A stretch of DNA of 64,000 bases from Heptranchias perlo. Its lineage: Eukaryota. The translations under genes and the position numbers were made by a program. Position 1 is the stretch's first letter. Each line of letters opens with the position of its first letter. The DNA is taken from assembly GCF_035084215.1 (NCBI RefSeq), contig NW_027139264.1, forward strand, positions 186,001 to 250,000, given 5' to 3'. Below the pieces are notes generated by a model that made no database searches, was not told the DNA's origin, and saw only the letters and a program-made list of their open reading frames with translations. Positions 1 to 13,099 of this stretch are shown here, piece by piece.

Positions 1-1025
1 GGCATCCCCTCTTGTTGGGCTTGTCACGTACTGGCTAAAAAAGTTCTCCTGGACACCAATCAAGAATTTTGAGCCCTCTGTGCCCCTCACACTGTTTGAA
101 TCCCAGTTGATGTTCGGGTAGTTGAAATCCCCTACTATTATTGCCCTCTTATTTTTGCACTCAGAAATTTGCCGACATATTTGTTCTTCTATCTCCCTTT
201 CGCTATTCGGGGGTCTAGAGTACACTCCTAGTAGTGTGACTGCCCCTTTTTTATTCCTTAGCTCAACCCATACGGCCTCGATTGATGATCCATTTAGCAT
301 ATCATCCCTTCTCACAACTCTAATTGATTCTTTAACCAATAATGCTACCCCCCTCCTTTTTTATCACCCACTCTATCCTGCTTGAACACTCTATATCCAG
401 GGATATTGAGCTGCCAATTATCCCCCTCTTTAAGCCAGGTTTCCATTATAGCAATGATATCATGCTGCCACGTGTCTATCTGTGCCCTTAGCTCATCTGC
501 TTTGTTTGTAATACTCCTTGAATTGAAGTATATACCCTTTAACCCCGTCAAATTCCTGTGCTGAACACTATTTAACCTTTGCTTTTTTGCATTTCTGAGT
601 CGCAAACTACGTCACTAACTGCTTTTCTACTTTGCGTTTCCTGGTCTGAATTTGTCCTATCTGGACCTGCCCTTTGGTTCCCATCCCCCACCATACTAGT
701 TTAAACCCTCCCCAACACAACTCGCAAATGTCCCCACGAGGATACTGGTCCCGGTTCTGCTTGGGTGCAATCCTTTCATCTTGTACAGGTCCCGCCTTTC
801 CCAGAATCGGTCTCAATGCCTCAGGAATTTAAACCCCTCCCTCCTACACCATCTCTCAAGCCACGCATTCATCTGGTCTATTCTCCTATTTCTGCTCTCG
901 CTGGCATGTGGCACTGGGAGTAATCCTGAGATTACTTCCTTAGAGGTCCTGCTTTTTAATTTATTTCCTATCTCCCGATATTCTGCTTGCAGGACCTCAT
1001 CCGTTTTTTTTTTACAATACTTCAC
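1..1025 (-). mobile_element. CR1 LINE fragment (ORF1 esterase-like end + ORF2 endonuclease start)
   Basis: VISGLLPVP...NAWLERWCRREGF and YFNSRSITNKADEL...DIIAIMETWL. Confidence 0.85.
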
Positions 1026-2559
1026 ACTAAATTGTGGGAGTACGACTTAGGTTCAAACGAGTAAAAGGCGACTTGGGACAGACGTCAGGATGATATCTTC
1101 CTCATGCTAAAGCCTCGATTTTAACCTAACCTGTCCAGAGGGAATGGGATGGATTTGGTTCAACTTCAATGGAGCGTAAAATCGGGCAGGGTATAAATAG
1201 GGCGAACCATGTGACCTGTTACTAAACGGGGAACAGAGAGGAGACAATAGGAGGGAGTCCACAGTTAAAGTCAGAGGTCCTGTGGTGGGATAAAGTTGAT
1301 GTAGATAGGGTGGAGTCAGCTTGGAGCATCAACCAACTGATGTCCAGGTTCGGTGACAGGGTGTGGAGGGTGAGTGAGTCCAGAAGCTATTTGAAGGGTA
1401 GATTATCGGAGGACGCACTGCTGGGGGGGATTTCCGTGGGGATGAAGAGTCAGGAGGTTTGGAGAATCGATCGCAGAGCAGAAGAACAATGGTGAAGATG
1501 GAGGTCACTGTAAGATCTAGAAGCAGCGGAGGAATGGACTTCGGCCCAGGGGAGTGAATTTCTGGCCAGGAACCAGAGTGTAGAAAAATAAAGCTGAAAA
1601 ACCAGTAGTACAGTCATAAACTCAGCAGGTAATAGCTGGGGGATGGGCTGTGGGCTGGACAAAGTTACCTTAACTCTTAAGCAGCTGAGTCTTCCAGTGG
1701 AGTAGCGTAGTGCTGAGAAGTCGAGGAATTTAGAAGCCAAATTTGAGCAAAGATCCAGTTTTCACTGATGTAAACAAAGAGCAGGCCCGGTCGGGGAATG
1801 GGCAGTGGGCCCAGGTAAGTTTAAACTTGCAGCTTGAACTTGTGGGTAGGGGTAAAATGCACCCACTATTAGAGCCAGGGAACTTAAACAGTGGAAGAGA
1901 GGAGATTGGGGGAGAATGGGCAAAGGATGGCAATGGATGACCAAGGATAGGATTGTCCAGCAAAGGAGCTCCCGAGGGAGCAGCCAGCCCAGGAGCCATC
2001 TTGTTAACAGTAGGAATCGTAGGAACATAACATTGTACAGCACAGAAGAAGGCCATTTGGCCCATCATGCTATGCTGGCTCTCTGAAAGCGCTACCCACT
2101 TTCTCCTGACCTTTGCCCAGACTCTTTTAAAAAGAAAAATTAAAAAAAATATTTATCCACTTTCCTTTGAGCAGCTATTGTGGGACCTGTTCCCCCCTCT
2201 GGTCGGGCAGTCTGACCAATGCTTTCCTGCTCCAGAACTCCTGGGAGCTCCTAACGGAAGCTGCCACTTCACCAAGCTCTGAGCTTCCAGCTAGTAAAAT
2301 GAATGGTGGGAGAATCACGGCTGAGGAATTTTCCAACGTGGGCTCGTGGTGTCCGCTTGGAGCATTGAAGCAGGAAATCCCAGCCTCCGTCTCCGAACAT
2401 CCCTCTCCATTAACAAAATTCCCCCTAATCTCTCCCTTTGCTCTTGACCTTAAATTTATGCCCTCTAGTTTCCGACTTACTGACCAACAGAAAGTGTTTA
2501 TTCTCTTTATTTTCCAACCCCCTGAGAGTTTGGACCCCTCTATCAGATCCCCTTGACCA

Positions 2560-4862
2560 TTAGCAATTCGGAAGGCAAATGGTATGTCGGCCTTTATTAC
2601 AAGAGGATTGGAGTGCAGGAGTAAAGATGTCTTACTGCAATTATACAGGGCCTTGGTGAGACCACACCTGGAGTATTGTGTGCAGTTTTGGTCTCCTTAC
2701 CTAAGAAAGGATATACTTGCCGTAGAGGAAGTGCAACGAAGGTTCACCAGACTGATTCCTGGGATGGCAGGATTGTCGTATGAGGAGAGATTGAGTAGAC
2801 TAGGCCTGTATTCTCTAGAGTTTAGAAGAATGGGAGGTGATCTCATTGAAACATACAAAATTCTTACAGGGCTCGACAGGGCAGACGCAGGGAGGATGTT
2901 TCCCTTGGCTGGGGCGTCTAGGACCAGGGGTCACAGTCTCAGAATAAGGGGTAGGTCATTTAGGACTGAGATGAGGAGAAATTTCTTCACTCAGAGGGTG
3001 GTGAATCTTTGGAATTCTCTACCCCAGAGGGCTGTGGAGGCTCAGTCATTGAGTACATTCAAAACAGAGATCGATAAATTTCCAGATATTAAAGGCATCA
3101 AGGGATATGGGGATAGTGCAGGAAAATGGGGTTGAGGTAGGAGATCAGCCATGATCTGATTGAGTGGTGGAGCAGGCTCGAGGGGCCGGATGGCCTACTC
3201 CTGTTCCTGTTTCTTATGTTCTTATCTCTGTACCAATGAAAAGAATCCCAGTCTGTTCTCATAACTCAAGCCTCTCATCGGAACCTAGGTATAGCAGGAG
3301 GCCATTCAGCCCCTCGAGCCTGTTCTGCCATTCAATTACATCATGGCTTGATGCATATCTTAACTCCATCTACCAGCCTTGATTCCGTATCCCTTAATAC
3401 CCTTACCTGACAGAAATCCATCAATCTCAGTTTTGAAATTTTCAATTGACCCCCAGCCTCAACAGCTTTTTGGGGGAGAGAGTTCCAGATTTCCACTCCC
3501 CTTTGTGTGTGGAAGAGTTTCCTGACATCACCCCTGAACGGCCTAGCTCTAATTTTAAGGTTACGTCCCCTTGTTCTGGACTCCCCCCACCAGAGGAAAT
3601 AGTTTCTCTCTATCTACCCTATCAAATCCTTTAATCATCTCAAACACCTCAATTGGATCACCCCTTAATCTTCTACACTCAAGGGAATACAAGCCTCGTC
3701 GATGCAACCTGTCCTCATAATTTAACCCTCTAAGCCCGGGTATCATTCTGCTAAATCTCCAAGGCCAATCTATCCTTCATGAGGTGCGGTTCCCAGAACT
3801 GAACACAGTATCTCCAGATGTGGTCTGACCAGAGCTCTGAACAGCTGGAACATAACTTCCTCCCCTTTGTATTCCAGCCCCCGAGATAAAGGCCAACGTT
3901 CCATTAGCCATTCCATTTTTGTAGCTGTCCACCAGATTCCCTGGGATCGCCCGAGCAAATCTCTTCCCGACCTTCTCCGTGAGCTTGACATCCTCTTCAA
4001 CACATGGTATCCAAAATCGGACGCAACGTCCTCACTGTGGCCTAATATGGGAAAATGTGAAGTCATCCACTTTGGGAGGAAAAATAAAAAAGCAAAATAT
4101 TATTTGAATGGAGAAATACTACAAAATGCTGCGGTACAGAGGGATCTGGGTGTCCTCCTACATGAAACACAAAAAGTCAACATACAGGTGCAGCAGGTAA
4201 TCCGGAAGGCAAACGGAGTATTGGCCTTTATTTCTCGGGGGATGGAGTATAAAAGCAGGGAAGTCATGCTACAATTGTACAGGGTGCTGGTGAGACCACA
4301 CCTGGAGTACTGCGTACAGTTCTGGTGACCTTATTTAAGGAAGGACATACTTGCATTGGAGGCAGTTCAGAGAAGGTTCACGAGGTTGATTCCGGGGATG
4401 GAAGGGTTGTCTTATGAGGAAAGATTGAACAGGTTGGGTCTATACTCATTGGAGTTTAGAAGAATGAGAGGAGATCTTATGAAAAATACAAGATTCTGAG
4501 GGGACTCGATAGGGTAGATGCTGAGAGGACGTTACCCCTCATGGGAGAATCTAAAACTAGGGGGCATAGTCTCAGAATAAGGGGTTGCCCGTTTCAGACG
4601 GAAATGAGGAGGAATTTCTTCTCCCAGAGGGTTGTGAATCTTTGGAATTCTTCATCCCAAAAAGCTGTGGAGTCATTGAATACATTCAAGGCTGAGTTAG
4701 ACAAATTTTTGATCAGCAAGGGAGTCAAACGATATGGGGAAAGGGCGGGAAAGTGGAGTTGAGGTAAAAATCAGATCAGCCATGATCTCATTGAATGGCG
4801 GAGCAGGCTCGAGGGGCTGAATGGCCTATTCCTGCTGCTATCTCTTATGGTCTTATGGTCTA
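2560..4862. mobile_element. Cluster of three CR1 3' fragments (+ 2560-3225, - ~3290-3920, + ~4040-4862)
   Basis: RT C-terminal motifs LYRALVRPHLEYCVQFWSP and RRNFFTQRVVNLWNSLP; CR1 3' UTR with short tail repeats. Confidence 0.9.
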
Positions 4863-4948
4863 ACCAGGCTCAGCATTAGCCGTTTCCACTTTGAGTTACT
4901 TATGATTAACGTCATTTTTGAGACTGGTTTCTGTCTGTGATCCTGCAG

Positions 4949-5209
4949 ATTTCCACATCCTCGCATTTTACTACATACTGAGCCGTGGCGGGGCCGAGAT
5001 GCCCGAGTACAGCTTGGTCGCGATGCTCGATGACTATGAGATAGTGTATTTCGACAGCACCCTGCAGCGGACTGTGCCCAGACAGCAGTGGATGGCCGAC
5101 TCCTTTGACAACCATCACTGGGACGCCATCGCCATCACAATGGCGGGGTTCCATGGTCTGGTCAGAGGAAACGCCGAGATATTTTACCGACAGCAACACG
5201 GTGCCTCGA
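4949..5209 (+). CDS. MHC class I heavy chain (nonclassical), alpha1 exon
   Basis: Acceptor tcctgcag| and donor |gtgagt; 261 bp, phase 1-1. Translates (D)FHILAFYYILSRGGAEMPEYSLVAMLDDYEIVYFDSTLQRTVPRQQWMADSFDNHHWDAIAITMAGFHGLVRGNAEIFYRQQHGAS, with class I alpha1 hallmarks H3, LDD..IVYFDS, PR..W and W60-D61. Confidence 0.93.
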
Positions 5210-5534
5210 GTGAGTATCCTCACAGATTCGGTGCAGCTATCGACTGACAGGAGGAAAGGATTTGTATCCATATAGAGCCTTATCCTGTCTCGGAGAAATG
5301 TCCCGAACCACTTTACACCCATTAAATGACTTGGGATGACCTGGTCATTGGCACTATCTGGGAGAAACATGGCAGACATTTTCTGCACAGCAAATGGCAA
5401 TGAGATGATTGATTTGTTCATCTGTTTTTATTGGTGTGGATTGAGGGAGAAATGGGAGCAATTGGTTCTTTTTATGTTCATTTGAACAGGAAGACGAGGT
5501 CTCGATTTAACGTCTCATCTGAAGGACGGCATCT

Positions 5535-7410
5535 CCGATAGTGCATCACTCCCTCAGTACTGCCCCTCCGACAATGCATCACTCCCTCAGTACTGCCCCT
5601 CCGACAATGCATCACTCCCTCAGTATTGCCTCTCCGACAATGCATCACTCCCTCAGCACTGACCCTCCGACAATGCATCACTCCCTCAGTTCTGCCTCTC
5701 CGACAATGCATCACTCCCTCAGTACTGCCCCTCCGACAATGCATCACTCCCTCAGTACTGCCTCTCCGACAATGCATCACTCCCTCAGTACTGCCCCTCC
5801 GACAATGCATCACTCCCTCAGTATTGCCTCTCCGACAATGCATCACTCCCTCAGTACTGCCTCTCCGACAATGCATCACTCCCTCAGTACTGCCTCTCCG
5901 ACAATGCATCACTCCCTCAGTATTGCCTCTCCGACAATGCATCACTCCCTCAGTACTGCCTCTCCGACAATGCATCACTCCCTCCGTACTGCCTCTCCGA
6001 CAATGCATCACTCCCTCAGTATTGCCTCTCCGTCAGTGCAGCACTCCCTCAGTACTGCCCCTCCGTCAGTGCAGCACTCCCTCAGTACTGCCCCTCCGTC
6101 AGTGCATCACTCCCTCAGTACTGCCCCTCCGACAGTGCATCACTCCCTCAGTACTGCCCCTCCGACAATGCATCACTCCCTCAGTATTGCCTCTCCGTCA
6201 GTGCAGCACTCCCTCAGTACTGCCCCTCCGTCAGTGCAGCACTCCCTCAGTACTGCCCCTCCGACAGTGCATCACTCCCTCAGTACTGCCTCTCGGAGAG
6301 TGCATCACTCCCTCAGTACTGCCCCTCCGACAGTGCATCACTCCCTCAGTACTGCCTCTCTGACAGTGCATCACTCCCTCAGTACTGCCCCTCCGACAAT
6401 ACATCACTCCCTCAGTACTGCCCCCCGACAGTGCAGCACTCCCTCAGTACTGCCTCTCTGACAGTGCATCACTCCCTCAGTACTGCCCCTCCGACAGTGC
6501 AGCGCTCCCTCAGTACTGCCCCTCCGACAGTGCAGCGCTCCCTCAGTACTGCCCCTCCGACAGTGCAGCACTCCCTCAGTACTGCCCCTACGTCAGTGCA
6601 GCGCTCCCTCAGTACTGCCCCTCCGACAGTGCAGCACTCCCTCAGTACTGCCCCTCCGTCAGTGCAGCTCTCCCTCAGTACTGACCCTCCGACAGTGCAG
6701 CTCTCCCTCAGTACTGACCCTCCGACAGTGCATCACTCCCTCAGGACTGCCCCAACGTCAGTGCAGCTCTCCCTCAGTACTGCCCCTCCGACAGTGCAGC
6801 ACTCCCTCAGTACTGCCCCTACGTCAGTGCAGCTCTCCCTCAGTACTGACCCTCTGACAGTGCATCACTCCCTCAGTACTGCCCCTCCAACAGTGCATCA
6901 CTCCCTCAGTACTGCCTCTCTGACAGTGCATCACTCCCTCAGTACTGCCCCTCCGACAATACATCACTCCCTCAGTACTGCCCCCCGACAGTGCAGCACT
7001 CCCTCAGTACTGCCTCTCTGACAGTGCATCACTCCCTCAGTACTGCCTCTCCGACAGTGCATCACTCCCTCAGTACTGCCCCTCCGACAGTGCAGTGCTC
7101 CCTCAGTACTGCCCCTCCGACAGTGCAGCGCTCCCTCAGTACTGCCTCTCCGACAGTGCAGCGCTCCCTCAGTACTGCCCCTCCGACAGTGCAGCACTCC
7201 CTCAGTACTGCCCCTCCGACAGTGCAGCACTCCCTCAGTACTGCCCCTCTGACAGTGCAGCACTCCCTCAGTCCTGCCTCTCCGACAGTGCAGCACTCCC
7301 TCAGTACTGCCCCTCCGACAGTGCAGCACTCCCTCAGTACTGCCCCTCCGACAGTGCAGCACTCCCTCAGTACTGCCCCCCCGACAGTGCAGCACTCCCT
7401 CAGTACTGCA
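5535..7410. repeat. 33-bp SINE-derived minisatellite (~57 copies) in MHC alpha1-alpha2 intron
   Basis: Unit CAGTGCAGCACTCCCTCAGTACTGCCCCTCCGA, embedded in a minus-strand SINE (~5250-7478). Confidence 0.95.
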
Positions 7411-7555
7411 CTGGAGTGTCAGCCCAGATTATGCGCTGAAATCTCTGGAGTGGGGCCTGAAACCACGACCTTCTTACTCTCACCTCTGGTTCAGAAGGTT
7501 GTGGGTTCAAGACCCACTCCAGAGACTGGAGCAGAAAATCTCGGCTGGCACTCCC

Positions 7556-8080
7556 AGTGCAGCACTGAGGGAGGGGCAGCACTGAGGGAGGGGCAGCACT
7601 GAGGGAGGGGCAGCACTGAGGGAGGGGCAGCACTGAGGGAGGGGCAGCACTGTGGGAGGGGCAGCACTGAGGGAGGGGCAGCACTGAGGGAGGGGCAGGA
7701 CTGTGGGAGGGGCAGCACTGAGGGTGGGGCAGCACTGAGGGAGGGGCAGCACTGAGGGAGCGCAGCACTGTGGGAGGGGCAGCACTGAGGGAGGGGCAGC
7801 ACTGAGGGAGGGGCAGCACTGAGGGAGCGCAGCACTGAGGGAGGGGCAGCACTGAGGGAGGGGCAGCACTGTGGGAGGGGGGCAGCACTGAGGGAGGAGC
7901 AGCACTGAGGGAGGGGCAGCACTGAGGGAGTGCAGCACTGAGGGAGGGGCAGCACTGAGGGAGGGGCAGCACTGTGGGAGGGGCAGCACTGAGGGAGGGG
8001 CAGCACTGTGGGAGGGGCAGCACTGTGGGAGGGGCAGCACTGAGGGAGGGGCAGCACTGAGGGAGGGGCAGCACTGAGGG
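7556..8080. repeat. 17-18-bp G-rich minisatellite
   Basis: Unit GCAGCACTGAGGGAGGG(G), following a + strand SINE head. Confidence 0.95.
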
Positions 8081-8529
8081 ATTTGATGTGAGCACCTTGA
8101 ACGTTGGAATGAAATCATCGCTGCCACTTGTTTCTCCTCTTCTAAAGCTGCGTTGCCAGGGTTACTAACAAACAGATGAAATCAGGACAGGCGGGTCCAT
8201 CAAGCCTGTCCTGTCTTGGCACGGTGAAACAACACACACACACACACCATCAGCACCCTCTCCCTCCCACAGTCACACAATCTCCTGGGAGAGGCCAAAG
8301 AAAGAGGATGAAACTGAGGCCAAGTTAGGAAAGCAAACACTCTGGGAGATTCCTCTGCGACCCCCCCCCCAGGGAATCGAGGAAGGTGCAGGAGACCACA
8401 GTGTCTGATATCACTGGTCCCCATTAACCCCACACACCTCCTATAACTCGAGATACTTTCTATTGGTCGCCAGTCCCCTTTCCAACACTTGCAGTCTACA
8501 CACACACACTGTGCATGCAGGCAACTTGT

Positions 8530-10435
8530 TCATCGAATCACAGAAAGGTGACAGCACGGAAGGAGGCCATTCGGCCCATTGAGTCTGTGCTGGCTCTGTG
8601 CAAGAGCAATCCAGCTAGTCCCTCTCCCCTGCCCTATCCCTGTAGCCCTGCAAATTGTTTCCTTTCATTACTTATCCAGTTCCCTTTTGAAGGCCACGAT
8701 TGAATCTGCCTCCACCACCCCCTCGGGCCGTGCATTCCAGATCCTAACCACTCGCTGTGTAAAAAAGTTTTTCCTCAAGTCACCTTTGGTTCTTTTGCCA
8801 ATCACCTTAAATCTATGACCTCTGGTTTTTAACCCTTCCGTCAATGGGAATAGTTTCTTCATGATTTTAAACACCTCGATCAAATCTCCTCGCAACCATC
8901 TCTGTTCCAAGGAGAACAACCCCAGCCTCTCCAGTCTATCCACATAACTAAAGTCCCTCATCCCTGGAATCATTCTGGTAAATCTATTCTGCACCCTCTC
9001 CAAGGCCTTCACATCCTTCCTAAAGTGCGGTGCCCAGAACTGGACACAATACTCCCGTTGTGGCCGAACCAGTGTTTTATAAAGGTTCATCATGACTTCC
9101 ATACTTTTGTACTCTATGCCTCTATTTAAAAAGCCCAGGATCCAGGATGCTTTTTTAACCGCTTTCTCAACCTGCCCTGCTCCCTTGAATGATTTGTGCA
9201 CATATACCCCCAGATCTCTCTGTTCCTGTACCCTTTTAGAATTGTGCCCTCCAGTACCTCTTCTATATCAATTTTTAGCCCATCCAGTATCTTAACTATA
9301 TCTTCCTTTACTGAGACTCTGGCAGCATCTTCTTCCTTGGTAAAAACAGATGCAAATTACTCATTTAGTACCTTGGCCATCTCCTCTGCCTCCATGAGTA
9401 GATCTCCTTTATGGTCCCTAATCGGCCCCACCCCTCCTCTTACTACCTGTTTACTGTTTAGATGCCTGCAGAAGACTTTTGGATTCCCTTTTATGTTGGC
9501 CGCCAGTCTGTTCTCAGACTCTCTCTTTGCCCCTCTTATTTCCTTTTTCACTTCCCCTCTGAACTTTCTATATTCTGCCTGGTTCTCACTTTTATTATCA
9601 ACCTGATATCTGTCATATGCCCCTTTTTTCTGTTTCATCTTACTCTCTATCTCTTTTGTCATCCAGGGAGCTCTGGCTTTAGTTGCCCGACCTTTCCCCC
9701 TCGTGGAGACTGTACCCGAACCATCTCCTCCTTAAAGGCCGCCCACTGTTCAATTACAGTTTTGCCTGACAATCTTTGATTCCAATTTACCCGGGACCAG
9801 ATCTGTTCTCATCCCGTTGAAATTCCAGAGATCGATGACTCTCTGTGACAATCTAACCTATTGCTAAGGTTAAAGTTCAAGACAGCAGGACATAAATGGA
9901 ACCTCAACGTAACACAGCTGCTCAGGAGCATCGAAAGAGGAAGAGGCCATTCAGCCCCTCGAGCCTGCTCCACCATTCATTTATATCATGGCTAATCTGC
10001 ACCGTAACTCCATTTTCCAGCCTTTGCTTCCAATCCATCGATACCCTTACCTCACAAAAATTTAACAATCTCAGTCTTGAAAGCTCCAATGGGCCGCCAG
10101 CATCCCACAGCCTTTTGGGGGAGAGAGTTCCTGATTCCCACTCCCCTTTGTGTGATAAAGTGCTTCCTGATTTCACTCCTAAATGGCCTGGCTCTAAATC
10201 TAAGATCTTGATTCCCCCACCTGAGGAAATAGTCCCTCTGGAATTCCCTCCCTAAACCTCTCCGCCTCTCTCTCCTCCTTTAAGATGCTCCTTCAAACCT
10301 ACCTCTTTGTCCAAGCTTTTGGTCACCTGTCCTAATATCTCCTTATGTGGCTCGGTGTCAAATTTTGTTTGTCAAGTGCCTTGTGATGTTTTACTCCGTG
10401 AAAGGCGCTATATAAATGCAAGTTGTTGTTGTTGT
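8530..10435. mobile_element. CR1 fragments (-) and L2-type 3' end (+, ~10240-10435)
   Basis: LYKTLVRPQREYCVQFWAP; L2-like tail aggcgctatataaatgcaag(ttg)n. Confidence 0.8.
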
Positions 10436-10490
10436 ATGTACCCGATCGAACCCTTTTCACATTTTCAATTGACTTGAGTTGTTTTTCCAG

Positions 10491-10766
10491 GTGTTTTCTT
10501 TGTCCAGGGAATGTGTGGCTGCGAACTGAACAGCGACAACTCCACGGAGGGGTTTATAAAGTTTGGATATGACGGGGAGGACGCGTATGTTTTTGACAAG
10601 GACAGATTGAGTTGGATTGCGGTGAATCCAGAGTTCCAGACTTTAGCAGACCGGTGGAATGCGAACACCTTCATGAACAAATACTTCAAGACCCTGTTGG
10701 AAAAGGACTGTGTGAAGTGGCTGCTGATATACCTTCGGGCTGGGCGAGAAGCACTACAGAGGAAAG
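10491..10766 (+). CDS. MHC class I heavy chain, alpha2 exon
   Basis: Acceptor gtttttccag|, donor G|gtacct; 276 bp, phase 1-1. Encodes VFFVQGMCGCEL...FGYDGED...W...RWN...DCVKWLLIYL...LQRK with the C101/C164 pair, YDGxD motif, W133, W147 and W167. Confidence 0.96.
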
Positions 10767-11430
10767 GTACCTCGAGCGAGCGGGAACTGGAGGTGCCGTA
10801 CAGGCAAAGTTTATATTCCCAGTCTGTCCTGAGCCAGCTGTTCCCGGACAGGGTAGCAGTGAGGGGTGCTGCACCTGGCCTCAGTACCCCTTGGGGTGGG
10901 TGGGGTGGGGATGGGGGAGATAAGCGGGCAGGTGACCTAAATCCGATGACCTACTCAGTCTCCCCGGCTGGAAAGCCCGTGCGTGTTGACATCGGGTGAG
11001 GACGGGGTTCAACTAAATTGTAATACCCCCATGGTTGAATAGCTTCCTGGTCCTCACTGTGAAGGCTCACTCGTGAACACGAGTGAGCCTTCACAGTGCT
11101 TGTGTGCGTTACCGGAACGTGACCCGTTACATGGAATTTACAACACAGAAACAGGCCATTCGGCCCAACAGGTCTATGCCAGTGTTATTGCTGCACCCTC
11201 CCTACTTCATCTCCCCCTATCAGCATATCCTTCTATTCCTTTCTCCCTCATGTGTTTATCCAGCTTCCCCTTAAAGGCATCTGTGCTATTCGCCTCAACT
11301 ACTCCTTGTGAGAGCGAGCTCCACATTCAAACCACTCTCTGAGTTTCTCCTGAATTCCCCATTGGATTTATTAGTGACTCTCTTATATTTATGGCCCCTC
11401 GTTCTGGCCTCTGCCACAAGTGGAAACATC

Positions 11431-13099
11431 GGGGGAAAAATTTGGATGTAGCCGTTTTTGGGCGGGGGCAGCGTGATGTGCTTTACCCCGTGTCCAATGG
11501 TCCCGGCGCAGGCAGGATGCAAGTTTCGACCCACCCGAGGACCGACCTGCGATCAGCGTTCCATCCCAGGCCTTGCACCTGGAATCAATGCAATTCACAC
11601 TTTCCACCACCAGAGGGAGTCCAATCTCTTAAAGGGAGGATGTTTGTCGGAAATCTCTTAAAGGGAGCTGGTACCTGTTATTTGCTGAAAATAACAGTCT
11701 ACTGTCTGCACGGAGTCTGAACGGAGATCAGACATCGCACATGTAAAACACAAATGCAGGTCCCATCCCTATGTTTACACACTGATGAGTTATGTTAAAA
11801 CATTGAATAAAGGTTGCGCAATACTAAATCCCACATCCTCCAATCTGCACAACAGACCTCACCAATCTGCCGATCTGAGTTGGTACCAGGCCTGTGAGAG
11901 TACATGCACCAAGGTTCTCTGCTGATGCACTAGAGGCCTTGGTGCAAGAGGTGGACAGAAGGAGGGACATCCTATATCCACAGTGGGGGGAAGGGAGGGG
12001 GGGGGCAGAGACCCTCCAGACATGTACTCAAAAGCCAGTGGGAGGCAACGGGGGACGAAGTCAATGCCAGGCTCACAGCATCATGAACATGGATGCAGTG
12101 CAGGAAGAAGTTCAATGCTTTGACATGAGTGTTCAAGGTGAGTGAGGTCAACTGTCAGGTGGTGTCTCCAACCAACTGCTCCACACACTACACCCCCATC
12201 ACCCACATACCAACAAACTCTTTCCATCAGTACTCAACTCTTCCCATCAGATGCTTCCTCTCACCCTTCCACATTACCACTGTTTCAAGCCACCCACCCA
12301 CAACTCACAGGCCACACGCACTGGCAGCTATTCAACCATGACAGGCACATCACCCAGACACAGGAGAAGGTGGCGCATATCAAGAGGCAGCAAGTGGCAG
12401 TGACATTCAGCCCCTCGAGCCTGTTCCACCATTCAATGAGATCATGGTGGACCTGTGACCTAACTCCATATACCCGCCTTAGCCCCATATCCCATAATAC
12501 CCTTGGTTCACAGAAATCGATCAATCTCAGATTTAACATTCACAAGTGAGCGAGCATCAACTGCCGTCTGCAGAAGAGCGTTCCAAACATCTCCCACCCT
12601 TTGTGTGAAGAAGCATTTCCTAACTTCACTCCTGCACCTCCTGGCTCTAAATGTTTGGCTATGTCCCCGCGTCCCAGTATTCAAGTGTAGGAGACCTCCG
12701 AAAACAGTTATGAATGTCTTGGCAGCCAGAAGCAATAATCCAGCCGCTAACCTGTAAATCCTGCATGGTCCCTTTAAATAGTGCCGGTGGGGGGTTCTCC
12801 AGGAACTGTAAGACACGTTCAGATGGTCGGGGTTAAGACTGTGCGTTGAGTTGAGCGTTAAGTCCCGAAATGGTGTCTATCACTTTAAATCAGCGTTGCA
12901 CACTGATTGAAGCCATTTTCTCCCTACTTTACATGATTCCAGCGTTCGTTATCTGCGCCTGCGCTAACTCCGATACCAAGATGGCGTCTGGCACACGTCA
13001 CGCAGGAAATGTGCGTGCGCATCCGAGACGCCATCTTGGATGTCGGAGAGGCCGTCTCGCGCCGAAACAACGGGCGCTACACGGCCCTATTTAGCGCCC
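11431..13099 (+). mobile_element. PIF/Harbinger-type non-autonomous element with Myb/SANT-like remnant
   Basis: ATC target duplication (11428-11430 / 13100-13102) inside a CR1 3' fragment; GGG..AAAT..TGTAGC imperfect TIRs; PRFSADALEALVQEV...WMQCRKKFN remnant at ~11900-12130; internal CR1 fragment ~12405-12680. Confidence 0.7.

Noticed and set aside
1075-1210. CRE-like and TATA-like motifs as the class I promoter or leader exon
   Set aside because: They lie among repeat fragments and no signal-peptide exon with a phase-1 donor follows. The leader is probably upstream of the window or was missed.
5478-8127. Many long repetitive ORFs on both strands
   Set aside because: Products of SINE-derived minisatellites in an intron.
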